IMG/VR virus record: IMGVR_UViG_3300013137_001181 | Coordinates: 1 to 60,502 of that record | Source of the DNA: a virus | Lineage: Duplodnaviria > Caudoviricetes | DNA: 60,502 bases | Direction: 5' to 3' (one strand) | Shown: one piece after another, positions 45,197 to 54,746 of the stretch | How positions within the stretch are numbered: position 1 is the stretch's first letter | How the letters are laid out: every line of letters starts with the position of its first letter | The notes under the pieces: generated by a model | The model's database searches: none | Told to the model about the DNA's origin: nothing | The model's input: the letters and a program-made list of their open reading frames with translations, nothing else | Program-made: the position numbers and the translations under genes

Positions 45197-46796
45197 TTAT
45201 TTCTCTTGGGTAAAGGCCGTCTGGCTAACCGCTCGTGGAAAACCTTTGCGATTTGATAATCGCAAGTACTTGGAGCAGATATACATGGATCAGTCTCCAA
45301 ATATTGTCATTACCAAGTCTGCTCAGATGGGTATTTCAGAGCGACTTATCTCAGAGGCTGTTTGGCTCTGTGATCAGCGCAATGTTGTTGCGCTCTATAC
45401 CTTTCCTGCACAAACACAGCTTCAGGATTTTGTTCAGGCTCGCATAGATCCCGTTCTCAATGCTTCAGAATATCTTCGTTCTCGTTCTTCAGGACAAGAG
45501 GCAGGCGATAGAGGACAAAGACTAATGAAGATAGGCTTGAAGCGCATAGGTAATGGATTTCTTTATCTTCGTGGAAGCACTAATGAAAAACAAATAATTA
45601 CAATCGATGCAGACTGTATTTTTCTTGATGAGCGTGATAGATTCTCAGAAGATAGTGTTCCATATATTGAAAAGCGTCTTCTTGCTTCGTCTATGAAGTG
45701 GCAGCGTGCAGCTTCAACACCTACTTTTCCAATGAAAGGTATTCATGCTGTTTATATGGAGTCAGACCAGAAAGAATGGCAGGTAGAATGTAAGGCGTGT
45801 GGTCTATGGCAGGAGATTGATTTCTTTAAGAATATAGATTTTGAACGAAAGATAGCGATGTGTAGTTCGTGTAAACAGGAGATAGATAGATTTGCTGATG
45901 GTAAATGGGTGGCAAAAAATCCTGAGTCAAAGATTTCTGGATATAGAGTTAACGGATTATACAATCCGATGTCAACGATTCCTGACATACTTAAGAAGTA
46001 TGAACAAGCAAACACTAGTGGATTTTCAGCAATACAACAGTTTTTTAATCAGGACCTTGGATTACCATATGAGGCTTCAGGACAGCGTTTAACAGCACAG
46101 GAACTTGAGAACTGTAAGGGTATTTATCTTTATCCCGTTAACACAACGGTCGACTGTTATGCCGGTGCTGATGTGGGTGTCAAGTATATACATATGGTTG
46201 TTGTCCACAAGGCTGGCGTAGATAAGTATAAAGTAATATGGGCAGGAACAGTAAAGAATTTCACAGGACCGTATAGTTCGATAGAACAGGTAATGGAAAA
46301 GTATAATATTAAGACACTTGTCATTGATAAAAAGCCAGAAACATCAAAGGTAAAAGAGCTTATAGAGAAATATCCAAAGAGAGTGTTTGCGGCTACCTAT
46401 CCTTCCATGCAGTTTTCCGTCACGGAATTTATGCTGTGGGATGACATAGATTTTGAAGTTCGTCTTGACAGAACTATATCCTTGGACTACACTATTAGTG
46501 ATATACAGAATCGTAAGATTGAGTTTCCTAGAAATATAGAAAGTGTGGAAGGATTCTTTGATCAATTGATGTCGTCAATCAGGGTCACTGAGAAGAATCC
46601 TAAAACAGGAGTAGAAAATTCACGTTGGGTAGAAAAAGGTGACGACCACTATCTCCACGCGTTGAATTATGCACGGGCAGCTCAAACAAGAGGAGCCACA
46701 GGCAAAGCTCTTCTAGATTATTTAAGGAAACCTGAACAAGGTTTCACGCCAAGTCTAGTCCATTGGCTTAGAGTTAATGGACAGAAGTTAGAATAA
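45084..46796 (+). CDS. terminase large subunit (lambda GpA-like family)
   Basis: KSAQMGISE, LDERD, ASTPT, CxxC pairs, FFNQDLG.PY, GADVG, DHYLHA. Confidence 0.9.
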   Translation: MKEFSTLLPTLKESELEGLYSHLLLKAQEKFKKERLSDYFSWVKAVWLTARGKPLRFDNRKYLEQIYMDQSPNIVITKSAQMGISERLISEAVWLCDQRNVVALYTFPAQTQLQDFVQARIDPVLNASEYLRSRSSGQEAGDRGQRLMKIGLKRIGNGFLYLRGSTNEKQIITIDADCIFLDERDRFSEDSVPYIEKRLLASSMKWQRAASTPTFPMKGIHAVYMESDQKEWQVECKACGLWQEIDFFKNIDFERKIAMCSSCKQEIDRFADGKWVAKNPESKISGYRVNGLYNPMSTIPDILKKYEQANTSGFSAIQQFFNQDLGLPYEASGQRLTAQELENCKGIYLYPVNTTVDCYAGADVGVKYIHMVVVHKAGVDKYKVIWAGTVKNFTGPYSSIEQVMEKYNIKTLVIDKKPETSKVKELIEKYPKRVFAATYPSMQFSVTEFMLWDDIDFEVRLDRTISLDYTISDIQNRKIEFPRNIESVEGFFDQLMSSIRVTEKNPKTGVENSRWVEKGDDHYLHALNYARAAQTRGATGKALLDYLRKPEQGFTPSLVHWLRVNGQKLE

Positions 46797-46800
46797 ACAT

Positions 46801-48633
46801 ATGGCAATATGGTCAGACATGCTTAAACGAGTCATTCAGCCAATACTTGATGACTCTAACCGAGCGTTAACACAAGAAAACGCAGCGCTCACAAATAAGA
46901 TTAATGATCTGGAAAAGGCGGTATTTGTTTCAGCAATACCGATGGGTGGTTTTTCTCCAATGATAAATCCTGCGTCTGGAAAAGTATTTCCACAACGACT
47001 GAACTTTCAAATACTACGCGATTTTTCATCATATTATCCAATCGCTCGCGCATGTATTAACTATCGTAAGAGACAAATCACACAGCTTGATTGGTCTGTA
47101 ACGCCTATCGAAGTAGAGCTTAATCCTGATAAAAAGAAAAAATTAAAGGAAAAAGGAAAAGAAGTTAAGATGATGCTTGAATATCCTCTTGGTGACAAGA
47201 CGATGACATTTAGAGATTTTATTACTCGCATACTTGAAGACCTGCTTGTTCTTGACGCTCTTGCCATTTATAGAAGAAAAAATAGAGTTGGTGGAATTTA
47301 TGGGTATCAGCCCATAGATGCCTCAACCATTCAACTCATGGTATATGAGGATGGAACAACACCAGCACCTCCCGACCCAGCATATGTTCAAACTATTCTT
47401 GGAAGAAAAACAGCTGAGTTAACAACAGATGAACTTATCTATCGCTCGATGAACGGAAGAACGAATACGCCATATGGCATGTCTCCGATTGAAACGCTCA
47501 TTATTACAATAACAACAGCACTTAAACTTTCGACCTATAATCTTGGATATCTTACAGAAGGCAACACTCCTGAAGGATTTGTTGAGCTTCCTAAGGACAT
47601 AGCAGGAAGCCCAGATCAACTAAGACAATGGCAAGAAGCATGGGATGCAATGTTTTCTGGAGATCCTCGTTATCAGCGAAAGTTGAAGTTTCTTCCAGAA
47701 GGAATGAAGCTTCATCCGTTCAAAAAGCCAGATGAAATGCAATTTGAGCGTTTTGAGAAGTGGCTGTTACAAAACGCCTGTTCTGTACTTGAAGTTGCTC
47801 CTCAGGCTATTGGATTTCAGTTTGAGCGTGGAAAAGGCGCAACTGAGTCTGAATGGGAGATTGGTAAGGAACGCGGATTGTTTCCAACAGCGAATATTTT
47901 GAAAGAAATTCTTGATCAAATAATTCAGCATGATCTTGGTTATACGGATCTTGAGTTTGTATGGACAAATATCAATCCTACAAATCAGGCAGATGAGGCA
48001 AAGGTCTTTGATACTCTTGTTAGAACAGGAGCTGTCTCTGTTGATGAGTGGAGGCTTGGTGAAGGTCTAGAGCCCATTGGTCTTCCAAACTATATAATGA
48101 GTCCTGTCGGTCCTATTCTTGTAAAGGATTTGCTTGAACAGTCTGAGAGAGGATTCAACACAACACAGCCTTTTAATCCTAGTGGTCAGCCGAATCCTCC
48201 AGTAAAGGCGAGTGCAACCTATAAGGATATAAAACAGCCGAAAAAAGATACGCAGAACACAGGCGACAACGCTTTTCAAGACAAGAAGCCAGATCAGGCT
48301 CAGTCTGATGAATCTAAAAAGATTGCCTCAACCATAGGCCAAAGCGCTTCTCGCGCAGTTGTTGTTGACGAGCTTAAAAGATGGAAGAAAGCGGCCATAA
48401 ACGACATGAAGCTTGGTCGTTCATACAGAGACTTTAAAACAGATGTTATTGATATACGAACCCAAAGACTTATTAAGAGTGGTCTTTCTACCGTACAAGC
48501 ACGAGAAGAGCTTGACCAGCTGTTTGATCCGTTTATCAGTCAAGAGAACCAGATGATAACGGCAATGTTGGATTTATATGACAATGTAAATAATATTATA
48601 GGAAAGACAAATGGAAAAAGACCAACTGCTTAA
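46801..48633 (+). CDS. portal protein
   Basis: Follows TerL; EDLLVLDA, YGMSPIE, DMQF-like, P..IG, VDEWR..GLEP. Confidence 0.9.
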   Translation: MAIWSDMLKRVIQPILDDSNRALTQENAALTNKINDLEKAVFVSAIPMGGFSPMINPASGKVFPQRLNFQILRDFSSYYPIARACINYRKRQITQLDWSVTPIEVELNPDKKKKLKEKGKEVKMMLEYPLGDKTMTFRDFITRILEDLLVLDALAIYRRKNRVGGIYGYQPIDASTIQLMVYEDGTTPAPPDPAYVQTILGRKTAELTTDELIYRSMNGRTNTPYGMSPIETLIITITTALKLSTYNLGYLTEGNTPEGFVELPKDIAGSPDQLRQWQEAWDAMFSGDPRYQRKLKFLPEGMKLHPFKKPDEMQFERFEKWLLQNACSVLEVAPQAIGFQFERGKGATESEWEIGKERGLFPTANILKEILDQIIQHDLGYTDLEFVWTNINPTNQADEAKVFDTLVRTGAVSVDEWRLGEGLEPIGLPNYIMSPVGPILVKDLLEQSERGFNTTQPFNPSGQPNPPVKASATYKDIKQPKKDTQNTGDNAFQDKKPDQAQSDESKKIASTIGQSASRAVVVDELKRWKKAAINDMKLGRSYRDFKTDVIDIRTQRLIKSGLSTVQAREELDQLFDPFISQENQMITAMLDLYDNVNNIIGKTNGKRPTA

Positions 48634-49429
48634 TGTAAGACAGTCGTTGGAGACTTTTTTTTATCGAATACGATTTAACATTGGGTTGAATCACGCATTA
48701 GAGTCCGGTGTGTTTAAATCGTTCAGGAGTGAACTGAAAAAGTCTCTTCGTAATCAGATACTCTATTTTGCGAAGATAGAGAAGGTTAATTCTATTATAG
48801 GTCTTCGTAAGGCTGTAAAAGAGCTTACTGATCAAGATTTGCTTATTAATCTTGGCAAGATGTGGATTCCTATTTTTGACATCTTAAGTCAAGAAGATGC
48901 AAAAAAATTTCTAATTTGGTCTGCGAATGAAGGAGGCCAGATAGCTGTAAACAAACTTGATCCGTCTGTTGAGTTTAGACTAAAGAATGAAAAGATTGTT
49001 AGTATGATAGAACAGCGTGCGATTGATTTTTCTAAAATTATAGATTATACAACGCAAAGCTGGATAGCTCGAACGGTAGAGGAAGGAATAAGCATGGGTA
49101 TGAATTCTATAGACATAGCAAAAACACTTCGTGATCAATCGACTAATGTTTCTTACTTTAGATCAGACACCATTGCCGAATATGAGTTGGCTCTTCAAAT
49201 AGGAGAGATGCAAAACGAAGTGTTCAAGAGAAGTGGTGTAACGCATCATCGGTGGATAACCACGCGTGATGAGCGTACTTGCTTGGAGTGTGCTTCAAAT
49301 GAGGAGGCTGGCGAGGTTGAAATAGGTGATGAATTTCCAAGTGGTGTGATATATACACCAGGACATATTTCATGCCGATGCTTTATTGCTCCAGTCTCTT
49401 TGCATAAAGAAATATGGACAGGCAACTAG
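48611..49429 (+). CDS. head morphogenesis protein (Mu gpF/SPP1 gp7-like)
   Basis: W.T..DERTC..C, PGHISCRC. Confidence 0.85.
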   Translation: MEKDQLLNVRQSLETFFYRIRFNIGLNHALESGVFKSFRSELKKSLRNQILYFAKIEKVNSIIGLRKAVKELTDQDLLINLGKMWIPIFDILSQEDAKKFLIWSANEGGQIAVNKLDPSVEFRLKNEKIVSMIEQRAIDFSKIIDYTTQSWIARTVEEGISMGMNSIDIAKTLRDQSTNVSYFRSDTIAEYELALQIGEMQNEVFKRSGVTHHRWITTRDERTCLECASNEEAGEVEIGDEFPSGVIYTPGHISCRCFIAPVSLHKEIWTGN

Positions 49430-49776
49430 AAGATCAAATACCAGTATCAATTAAACCTAAGAATGATTTAGAGACGGCCTATTTTGACTTTTTGAGGGAT
49501 TTTCGTGAATATCTGAGTGAATATATTCGAGATACGGTAACAGAGCTTCTTGCATCTGAGGTTCCCGTGTCTGGCTCAATAAAGCTTTTTACTGGTGTAA
49601 ATAGAGGCAAGGTGCGCATAAAGAATCAAGGTAAGGAAACATGCTGGATATCAACAAACGGAAAAGGAGGATATCGTCTTGATCCTGGAGAATCTGTGGA
49701 ATTCTTTCTTAACAATCAGCTTTATGCAACAACCTGTCCAGGAACAATAACCACGATTGGGTTCATAAAATATTAG
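49414..49776 (+). CDS. hypothetical (virion-associated?) protein
   Basis: 120 aa, beta-rich C-terminal half. Confidence 0.65.
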   Translation: MDRQLEDQIPVSIKPKNDLETAYFDFLRDFREYLSEYIRDTVTELLASEVPVSGSIKLFTGVNRGKVRIKNQGKETCWISTNGKGGYRLDPGESVEFFLNNQLYATTCPGTITTIGFIKY

Positions 49777-49780
49777 GCTA

Positions 49781-49809
49781 TTGACAAATATTATCCGCTA
49801 GTCTACAAT
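49781..49809 (+). promoter_or_regulatory. sigma70-type promoter
   Basis: TTGACA-17 nt-TACAAT. Confidence 0.7.
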
Positions 49810-49870
49810 AAATATGGGTTAGTACTAAAGGTATCCAGATCTTAAAATGCGGTATCCATTCCGTAGTAAT

Positions 49871-49896
49871 GCCACACATTAGGTGTGGTTTTTTTT
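49871..49896 (+). terminator. intrinsic terminator in leader
   Basis: GCCACAC-ATTAG-GTGTGGT plus T run. Confidence 0.75.
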
Positions 49897-49902
49897 GTAA
49901 AC

Positions 49903-50319
49903 ATGGACATCATAGAGATAACACCAAACATGCTTTATCAGAGTTCGAGAATAGAAAGCACTGGTGATTATCAGAGAATTCTTGACAATGGCGTGAAGGC
50001 AATAGTGGACATAGAAGGTTCTATTAATCCTATTGATGCTAAGATAGAAAAATATCTTTATTGGGCGTTTAAAAAAGGAGATGTTCCTTCATTAAAGAAT
50101 TTAGATATTGTTGCTTCATTTGCTATCTCGTGCATAAAAGACGATAGCCCAGTCATTATTCATGGCGGAGACGGCATAAATAGAATTAGTCTTATTTCTG
50201 CATACATATATAGACTTATGGAAAAGAAGAGTGGACAACAGTCAATAGATTATATTAGGCTTAAAAAGTTTGATTCTCTGAACAATCAGGATTATGTCTC
50301 AATGTTAAAAATTCTTTAA
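49903..50319 (+). CDS. dual-specificity phosphatase-like protein lacking the catalytic Cys
   Basis: EITPNMLYQS, GVKAIVD, VIIHGGDGINRIS versus HCxxGxxRS. Confidence 0.7.
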   Translation: MDIIEITPNMLYQSSRIESTGDYQRILDNGVKAIVDIEGSINPIDAKIEKYLYWAFKKGDVPSLKNLDIVASFAISCIKDDSPVIIHGGDGINRISLISAYIYRLMEKKSGQQSIDYIRLKKFDSLNNQDYVSMLKIL

Positions 50320-50324
50320 CAACT

Positions 50325-50666
50325 ATGTGGATTAAATACATGAAAGATGGTTATGGAAACAAGTTTGGAAATATTTGTTGGACAGATGATGATAAGACGG
50401 CACAGCAAATCATCAATGAAGGATTTGCTATTAGAGCGTTAGGACCAGATGGTGATATATTTGAAGATTCTGCGCCAGAGGTGATTATCAAGCAGGTTGC
50501 CGCAGAAGATAAGCTCACCTTTGAACAGGAGGAGATAAAAATGCGTAATACGCTTAAGAAGATTAAAAAAAATAAAGACGCATATAATGTTCATCTTGGT
50601 ATGTATGTTGATGATAAGCATTTGAAAGGTTCTGAAAAAAAAGATTCATCATTATTAGTTAAATAA
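50325..50666 (+). CDS. hypothetical protein
   Basis: MWIKY...A.Q.I.EG.A; N-terminus similar to the next gene. Confidence 0.7.
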   Translation: MWIKYMKDGYGNKFGNICWTDDDKTAQQIINEGFAIRALGPDGDIFEDSAPEVIIKQVAAEDKLTFEQEEIKMRNTLKKIKKNKDAYNVHLGMYVDDKHLKGSEKKDSSLLVK

Positions 50667-50672
50667 ACATAT

Positions 50673-50906
50673 ATGTGGATTAGATTTATAGCTAACACAC
50701 TCTATAACAAAGAAGGCGATGTTGTAGATGTAAATGAGGCAGAGGCGAAGGATAAGATTGCAAACAAGCAGGCTGTCGAACACGATTGGAGTCAAGCTCA
50801 GATGAAGTCAGAAAAGCCAGTGGTGGAGGAGGGCGTTATCATTGACAATGCTCCGCCAGCTGTTGTCATAAACGTCGTGAGAGGAAGAAAGCGAAGAGTT
50901 AAATAA
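50673..50906 (+). CDS. hypothetical small virion-associated protein
   Basis: MWIRF...EGDVVDV...A...I...A. Confidence 0.7.
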   Translation: MWIRFIANTLYNKEGDVVDVNEAEAKDKIANKQAVEHDWSQAQMKSEKPVVEEGVIIDNAPPAVVINVVRGRKRRVK

Positions 50907-50955
50907 TTGTGTTCGGATATTATAAATTGCCTTAATAAAAGGGGGGTGATTAAAT

Positions 50956-51695
50956 ATGGCAGCCACATTTTCTGTAGCTCAAAACTACGGTACAGGAACA
51001 GGTTCTGTTTCACTTCTTGGTGCAACTGGATCGCTTTGGTATTTTAAGCAAGCAACAGATCAAGGTACGCTGAACTATAATGCAGCTGGTTCTAACGTCC
51101 CAGCAGGTCAAAACTCGTTCGGTGTTCATCTGAGACCTTACTTCTCTACCACGGCAACCAATACGTTCTCAAACATTCGTTTTTACCAGTCAACAACTTG
51201 GACATCAACGACTTATGGAGCGGTTGGTACCAGCGCGGCAGGTTATACGCAGTCAACTGCGTCTAGCACTGCAGCCACTGATGGAGGAGCTTCAAACTCA
51301 GGTGTTCCAACAGGTTCTGCGACCAATGCAGCTATTGCTCTTGGCACGCTTACTCTTGGAAATGCGTCAGGTTATGGTCCAACGTTCCTTCGTGTTCAGT
51401 TGACCACAAACTCAAGCGCACCAGCAGGAGATACACCTTTCGGAGGATCAATTTTGTGGGTCCTCTTTAAATCTTTTCTAATCAATGGGGAACATCTTAT
51501 TAAAAGATTACCCTCAACAAGCAGATTAATAATCGTGCAGTTGCAGAGACTAACTGAAGAGACTATTCTAAAACGAATAGATGTGATAGTCCGATCTCTA
51601 TGGGAACATAGAGAGTTAGGCAGAAATGACCTAACCAATGCTATATTTGCAGCATTGCAACAATTTAAGTCACTTGGGTCTATGATGAATCGTAG
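50956..51695 (+). CDS. Ser/Thr/Gly-rich putative virion protein, spliced form join(50956..51448,51670..51695), 172 aa; unspliced read-through ends at 51735 (259 aa)
   Basis: GGGGGGTGA RBS; removing the intron yields ...AGDTPFGGFTWVYDES*. Confidence 0.8.
51449..51669 (+). ncRNA. group I self-splicing intron (221 nt, no homing endonuclease)
   Basis: P1 GAGGAT/GTCCTC with U-G at the 5' splice site; P10 GTGG/TCAC; core GCAGAGACTAA and GATAGTCC (P7); P9-like hairpins CTCTATG-GGAA-CATAGAG and GTTAGG-CAGAAATGA-CCTAAC; terminal G. Confidence 0.85.
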
Positions 51696-51772
51696 ACAAT
51701 TTGCAGGTTTTACATGGGTATATAATGGGTCCTGAGCGACAAGACTATGGATCCTGAGTTTTGTCTAAAACA

Positions 51773-51818
51773 AAAAGACGGCGGACATGGTTCCAGAAGC
51801 CATTCCGCTGTTTTTTTT
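51773..51818 (+). terminator. probable terminator after the intron-containing gene
   Basis: ACGGCGGA-CATGG...CCAT-TCCGCTGT hairpin plus T run. Confidence 0.6.
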
Positions 51819-51822
51819 GGTC

Positions 51823-51851
51823 TTGACATCACCAAAACAAGTGACTATAAT
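51823..51851 (+). promoter_or_regulatory. sigma70-type promoter
   Basis: TTGACA-17 nt-TATAAT. Confidence 0.8.
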
Positions 51852-51879
51852 TTAGTAAGATATAAATTTTTATCGATAT

Positions 51880-52494
51880 ATGGATAAAAAGAGAGAAGAA
51901 AAGATGCCTCCAGGAACATCTTCTATCGGCTTCGTTAATAATAAAGATGGCTCAGTTCCAGACATGTCAAAAGGACAAGGAACGGCAGAAACAGTTGTAA
52001 ATCTTCATGATCCAGCCACGACAATCAAAGGAATCAAGCTAAACATCGGTTCTGGTGTTGATTGCAAGGATGGATATGTAAACGTAGATAAATATGATTC
52101 AAGCGCAGACATCAAAGCAGACATATGTAACCTTCCATTTCATGATAATTCTGTTGCAGTCGTAACCTGTATGGAAGTTCTTGAGCATCTAGGTATTAAC
52201 GAGATTGGTACGGCTCTCAAAGAGCTTCACCGTGTTATGAAACCAGGTGCATCTCTTCACGCTACTGTGCCTGATATAGTTGATGCTTGTAAAAAGCTTG
52301 TTGAGGATCCTGAAAACGATTGGACTCTTGCGGTAATCTATGGCAATCAGACACACGATGGACAATATCACAAGAATGGATTTACGCCAAAACGCATTTT
52401 CAAGCTGTTAGGATATGCGGGATTTAGGATTATAAAGACGGCGTATATAGAAAACCTCAATGTTAGAAACATCTACATTGAGGCCGTAAAATAA
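51880..52494 (+). CDS. class I SAM-dependent methyltransferase
   Basis: LNIGSG, GYVNVD, LPF.DNSV, EVLEH, RVMKPG, VPD. Confidence 0.88.
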   Translation: MDKKREEKMPPGTSSIGFVNNKDGSVPDMSKGQGTAETVVNLHDPATTIKGIKLNIGSGVDCKDGYVNVDKYDSSADIKADICNLPFHDNSVAVVTCMEVLEHLGINEIGTALKELHRVMKPGASLHATVPDIVDACKKLVEDPENDWTLAVIYGNQTHDGQYHKNGFTPKRIFKLLGYAGFRIIKTAYIENLNVRNIYIEAVK

Positions 52495-52515
52495 TTTATT
52501 ATTAACCAACTAACT

Positions 52516-54177
52516 ATGATGAATGGTACTTTTAGGTCATACTTCGGAGCAATTTGTGTTCCTATTCTCGACAAAGGAGATGGAACTATTTCAAATGTTA
52601 CGCACGACTGGTCAAACGCAATGGCAGGTCTTGGTGGTGGCCTTGCAGTTACCGTTATGCGACTTGAGATTCGCAATCATAGAGTAGATATTGCGAAAGA
52701 ACGTCTTGCTGAACTTGCTATATCAAATGGCTGTCAGTGGGCTTTGTTTGTTGATGATGATGTTATTCCTCCTGGTAATGGACTTTTCAAGATGATTAAG
52801 CTTTGGAGAAGTGATCCTAAATATAAAATCATTTCAGGTGTTTATTACTCAAAGAGTGATCCAGCTCTTCCGCTTGTGTTTAGAGGAAATCTGCAAGGCA
52901 GTTATTGGGACTGGACAGTCCACGATTTAATCAAGGCTGATGGTGCAGGCGCAGGCTTTCTCTTTGTTGACCTCGAGATGCTCAAGAAACTTCCTAAACC
53001 ATGGTTCTCATGTGACTATGTGTTTGAAGATCCTCGTTCAATGTATGATATTCAAAAATGGAATAAGATGGATGAGCTTGGTAATGAGCTTTTAAAAGGT
53101 AAAGAAGCAGACACAAAGACCGTTGTGAGAATGGAAGGCGAACTTAAAGAGCTTGGAGATAAAATTCAACGAGTACAAAGAGGAGAATTCGATCCTAATC
53201 TCTTGAAGAATGTTCATAACGACGCAGGTACAACAGAGGACTTATATTTCTTTAAGAAGGCCAAAGAACATGGTTATGACTTATGGGTCGACTGTTCAAT
53301 CCAGTGTATGCACCAAGACAAGCGAACGGGTCGTGTCTGGGGCATTTCGCCTGATGATGCACAGGCTCAGCCTCGTTGGTCGAAGAGAATGACTCCTGGT
53401 GAGATGGTGGTGCTTGATATTGGCGCAGGAGAAGGCGGATATCATATTCCAGAAGGTAATCCTATCAGAATAGATCTTGATGAGCGTACAAAGCCAGATA
53501 TCGTGGCTGATGCACGACAGATTCCTCTTGAGGACTGTTATGCCGACATGGTCTTTTCAAGTCATTTGCTTGAGCATTTTTCTTTCAGAGAGAGTGTCTC
53601 AGTACTTCGCGAGTGGGTCAGACTTCTAAAGGTTGATGGAAAGCTTGTGATTATCGTGCCTAATTTGAAGTGGGCTTCTAAAGTCATCATGGAGCCTGAG
53701 AAGCATAATACTCAGTATCATGCTGAGCGAGCTATGTATATGTACTTTTCACAACAAGACGGAACGCTTGTTGATGCGTACGAGGACACACATAAAGCAG
53801 GATTTACGCCTGAGTCACTTGCTGGATTGCTTTCACGAGTGGGAGGTCTTACAGATATTGAGGTACACACTACAGAAGGTGTATACTCAGGTTGGGATGC
53901 TCCTGAGAATCTTGTTAAGGATGGAACTGGTTATAATATTATCGCTATTGCAAAGAAGGCCAAGCACAATTCTGCCATAAGCTTAAAGTTGCCAATTGGA
54001 TTACAGGAAGAGGCTAAAAAGTTTGTTGGAGAGAAGGCAAGGCAGTATAATAAAAAAAATAATGTGGAGAAAGAAGCTGAAAAGATTTATAATGAAGCTG
54101 AACTGCTTGTTAAGAAGGCAAAAAAAGAAGGTCAACGCGTTGTGACAAGTATAAAGAAATTAAAAGTTAAGAAGTAA
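52516..54177 (+). CDS. GT-A (family 2-like) glycosyltransferase fused to class I methyltransferase
   Basis: LFVDDDV, GAGFL, PWF, TEDLYF (GT-A); LDIGAG, SSHLLEH, VPN (MTase). Confidence 0.85.
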   Translation: MMNGTFRSYFGAICVPILDKGDGTISNVTHDWSNAMAGLGGGLAVTVMRLEIRNHRVDIAKERLAELAISNGCQWALFVDDDVIPPGNGLFKMIKLWRSDPKYKIISGVYYSKSDPALPLVFRGNLQGSYWDWTVHDLIKADGAGAGFLFVDLEMLKKLPKPWFSCDYVFEDPRSMYDIQKWNKMDELGNELLKGKEADTKTVVRMEGELKELGDKIQRVQRGEFDPNLLKNVHNDAGTTEDLYFFKKAKEHGYDLWVDCSIQCMHQDKRTGRVWGISPDDAQAQPRWSKRMTPGEMVVLDIGAGEGGYHIPEGNPIRIDLDERTKPDIVADARQIPLEDCYADMVFSSHLLEHFSFRESVSVLREWVRLLKVDGKLVIIVPNLKWASKVIMEPEKHNTQYHAERAMYMYFSQQDGTLVDAYEDTHKAGFTPESLAGLLSRVGGLTDIEVHTTEGVYSGWDAPENLVKDGTGYNIIAIAKKAKHNSAISLKLPIGLQEEAKKFVGEKARQYNKKNNVEKEAEKIYNEAELLVKKAKKEGQRVVTSIKKLKVKK

Positions 54178-54180
54178 CCC

Positions 54181-54627
54181 ATGAACGTAAAATTCCGTGT
54201 TACATTTGATGATGGAACGTTTCTTGAGAGTCATGATGAGTCGTGGAATCAGATAAAAGACCATGCTCATGCGCTATCCCCAAATGGCGAGAAGAAATGG
54301 CGACAGTATGATCTAATTGGTGATGATGTGGGTCATTTGGTCGGCGTAAGCTTTCATAGCGGTTTATTTGTGGTAAGAGGTCAGTTGATTCACACAGGAG
54401 ACAATGAGGGTGGCTCATATACGTTTAGAAAAGGAGTACATACCTACAAGAATACACATAAGAATACAGAAGGACTTGAGTATTTTCCTATCTATGGAAG
54501 AAAGCAGATTTTTGGAGATTGGGGTGCGGCAACGCTTTATTTCTGTGGCTGGAAAAGAATGTTTGAAGGTAAAGAGGTAATCAAGAAGGCGTTTGTTTAT
54601 CCGAATGGTCAGATAGTCATAACATAA
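54181..54627 (+). CDS. hypothetical protein
   Basis: 148 aa. Confidence 0.7.
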   Translation: MNVKFRVTFDDGTFLESHDESWNQIKDHAHALSPNGEKKWRQYDLIGDDVGHLVGVSFHSGLFVVRGQLIHTGDNEGGSYTFRKGVHTYKNTHKNTEGLEYFPIYGRKQIFGDWGAATLYFCGWKRMFEGKEVIKKAFVYPNGQIVIT

Positions 54628-54631
54628 TCAT

Positions 54632-54660
54632 TTGATTTTTAAAAATAGTAGGTCTACAAT
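54632..54660 (+). promoter_or_regulatory. sigma70-type promoter
   Basis: TTGATT-17 nt-TACAAT; shares GTCTACAAT with the 49781 promoter. Confidence 0.6.
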
Positions 54661-54721
54661 GAATTAGGTGGGTCTATCCAAAGACCAAGGACCTATTCAG
54701 AGGTCGACAGGGTTTATTAAT

Positions 54722-54746
54722 AGACAGCTTATGGCTGTCTTTTTTT
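54722..54746 (+). terminator. intrinsic terminator in leader
   Basis: AGACAGC-TTATG-GCTGTCT plus T run. Confidence 0.75.

Noticed and set aside
51670-51735. DGR template/variable repeat pair
   Set aside because: The differences between the two terminal copies are mostly third-position and not adenine-specific, the repeat is very short, and there is no reverse transcriptase in the window.
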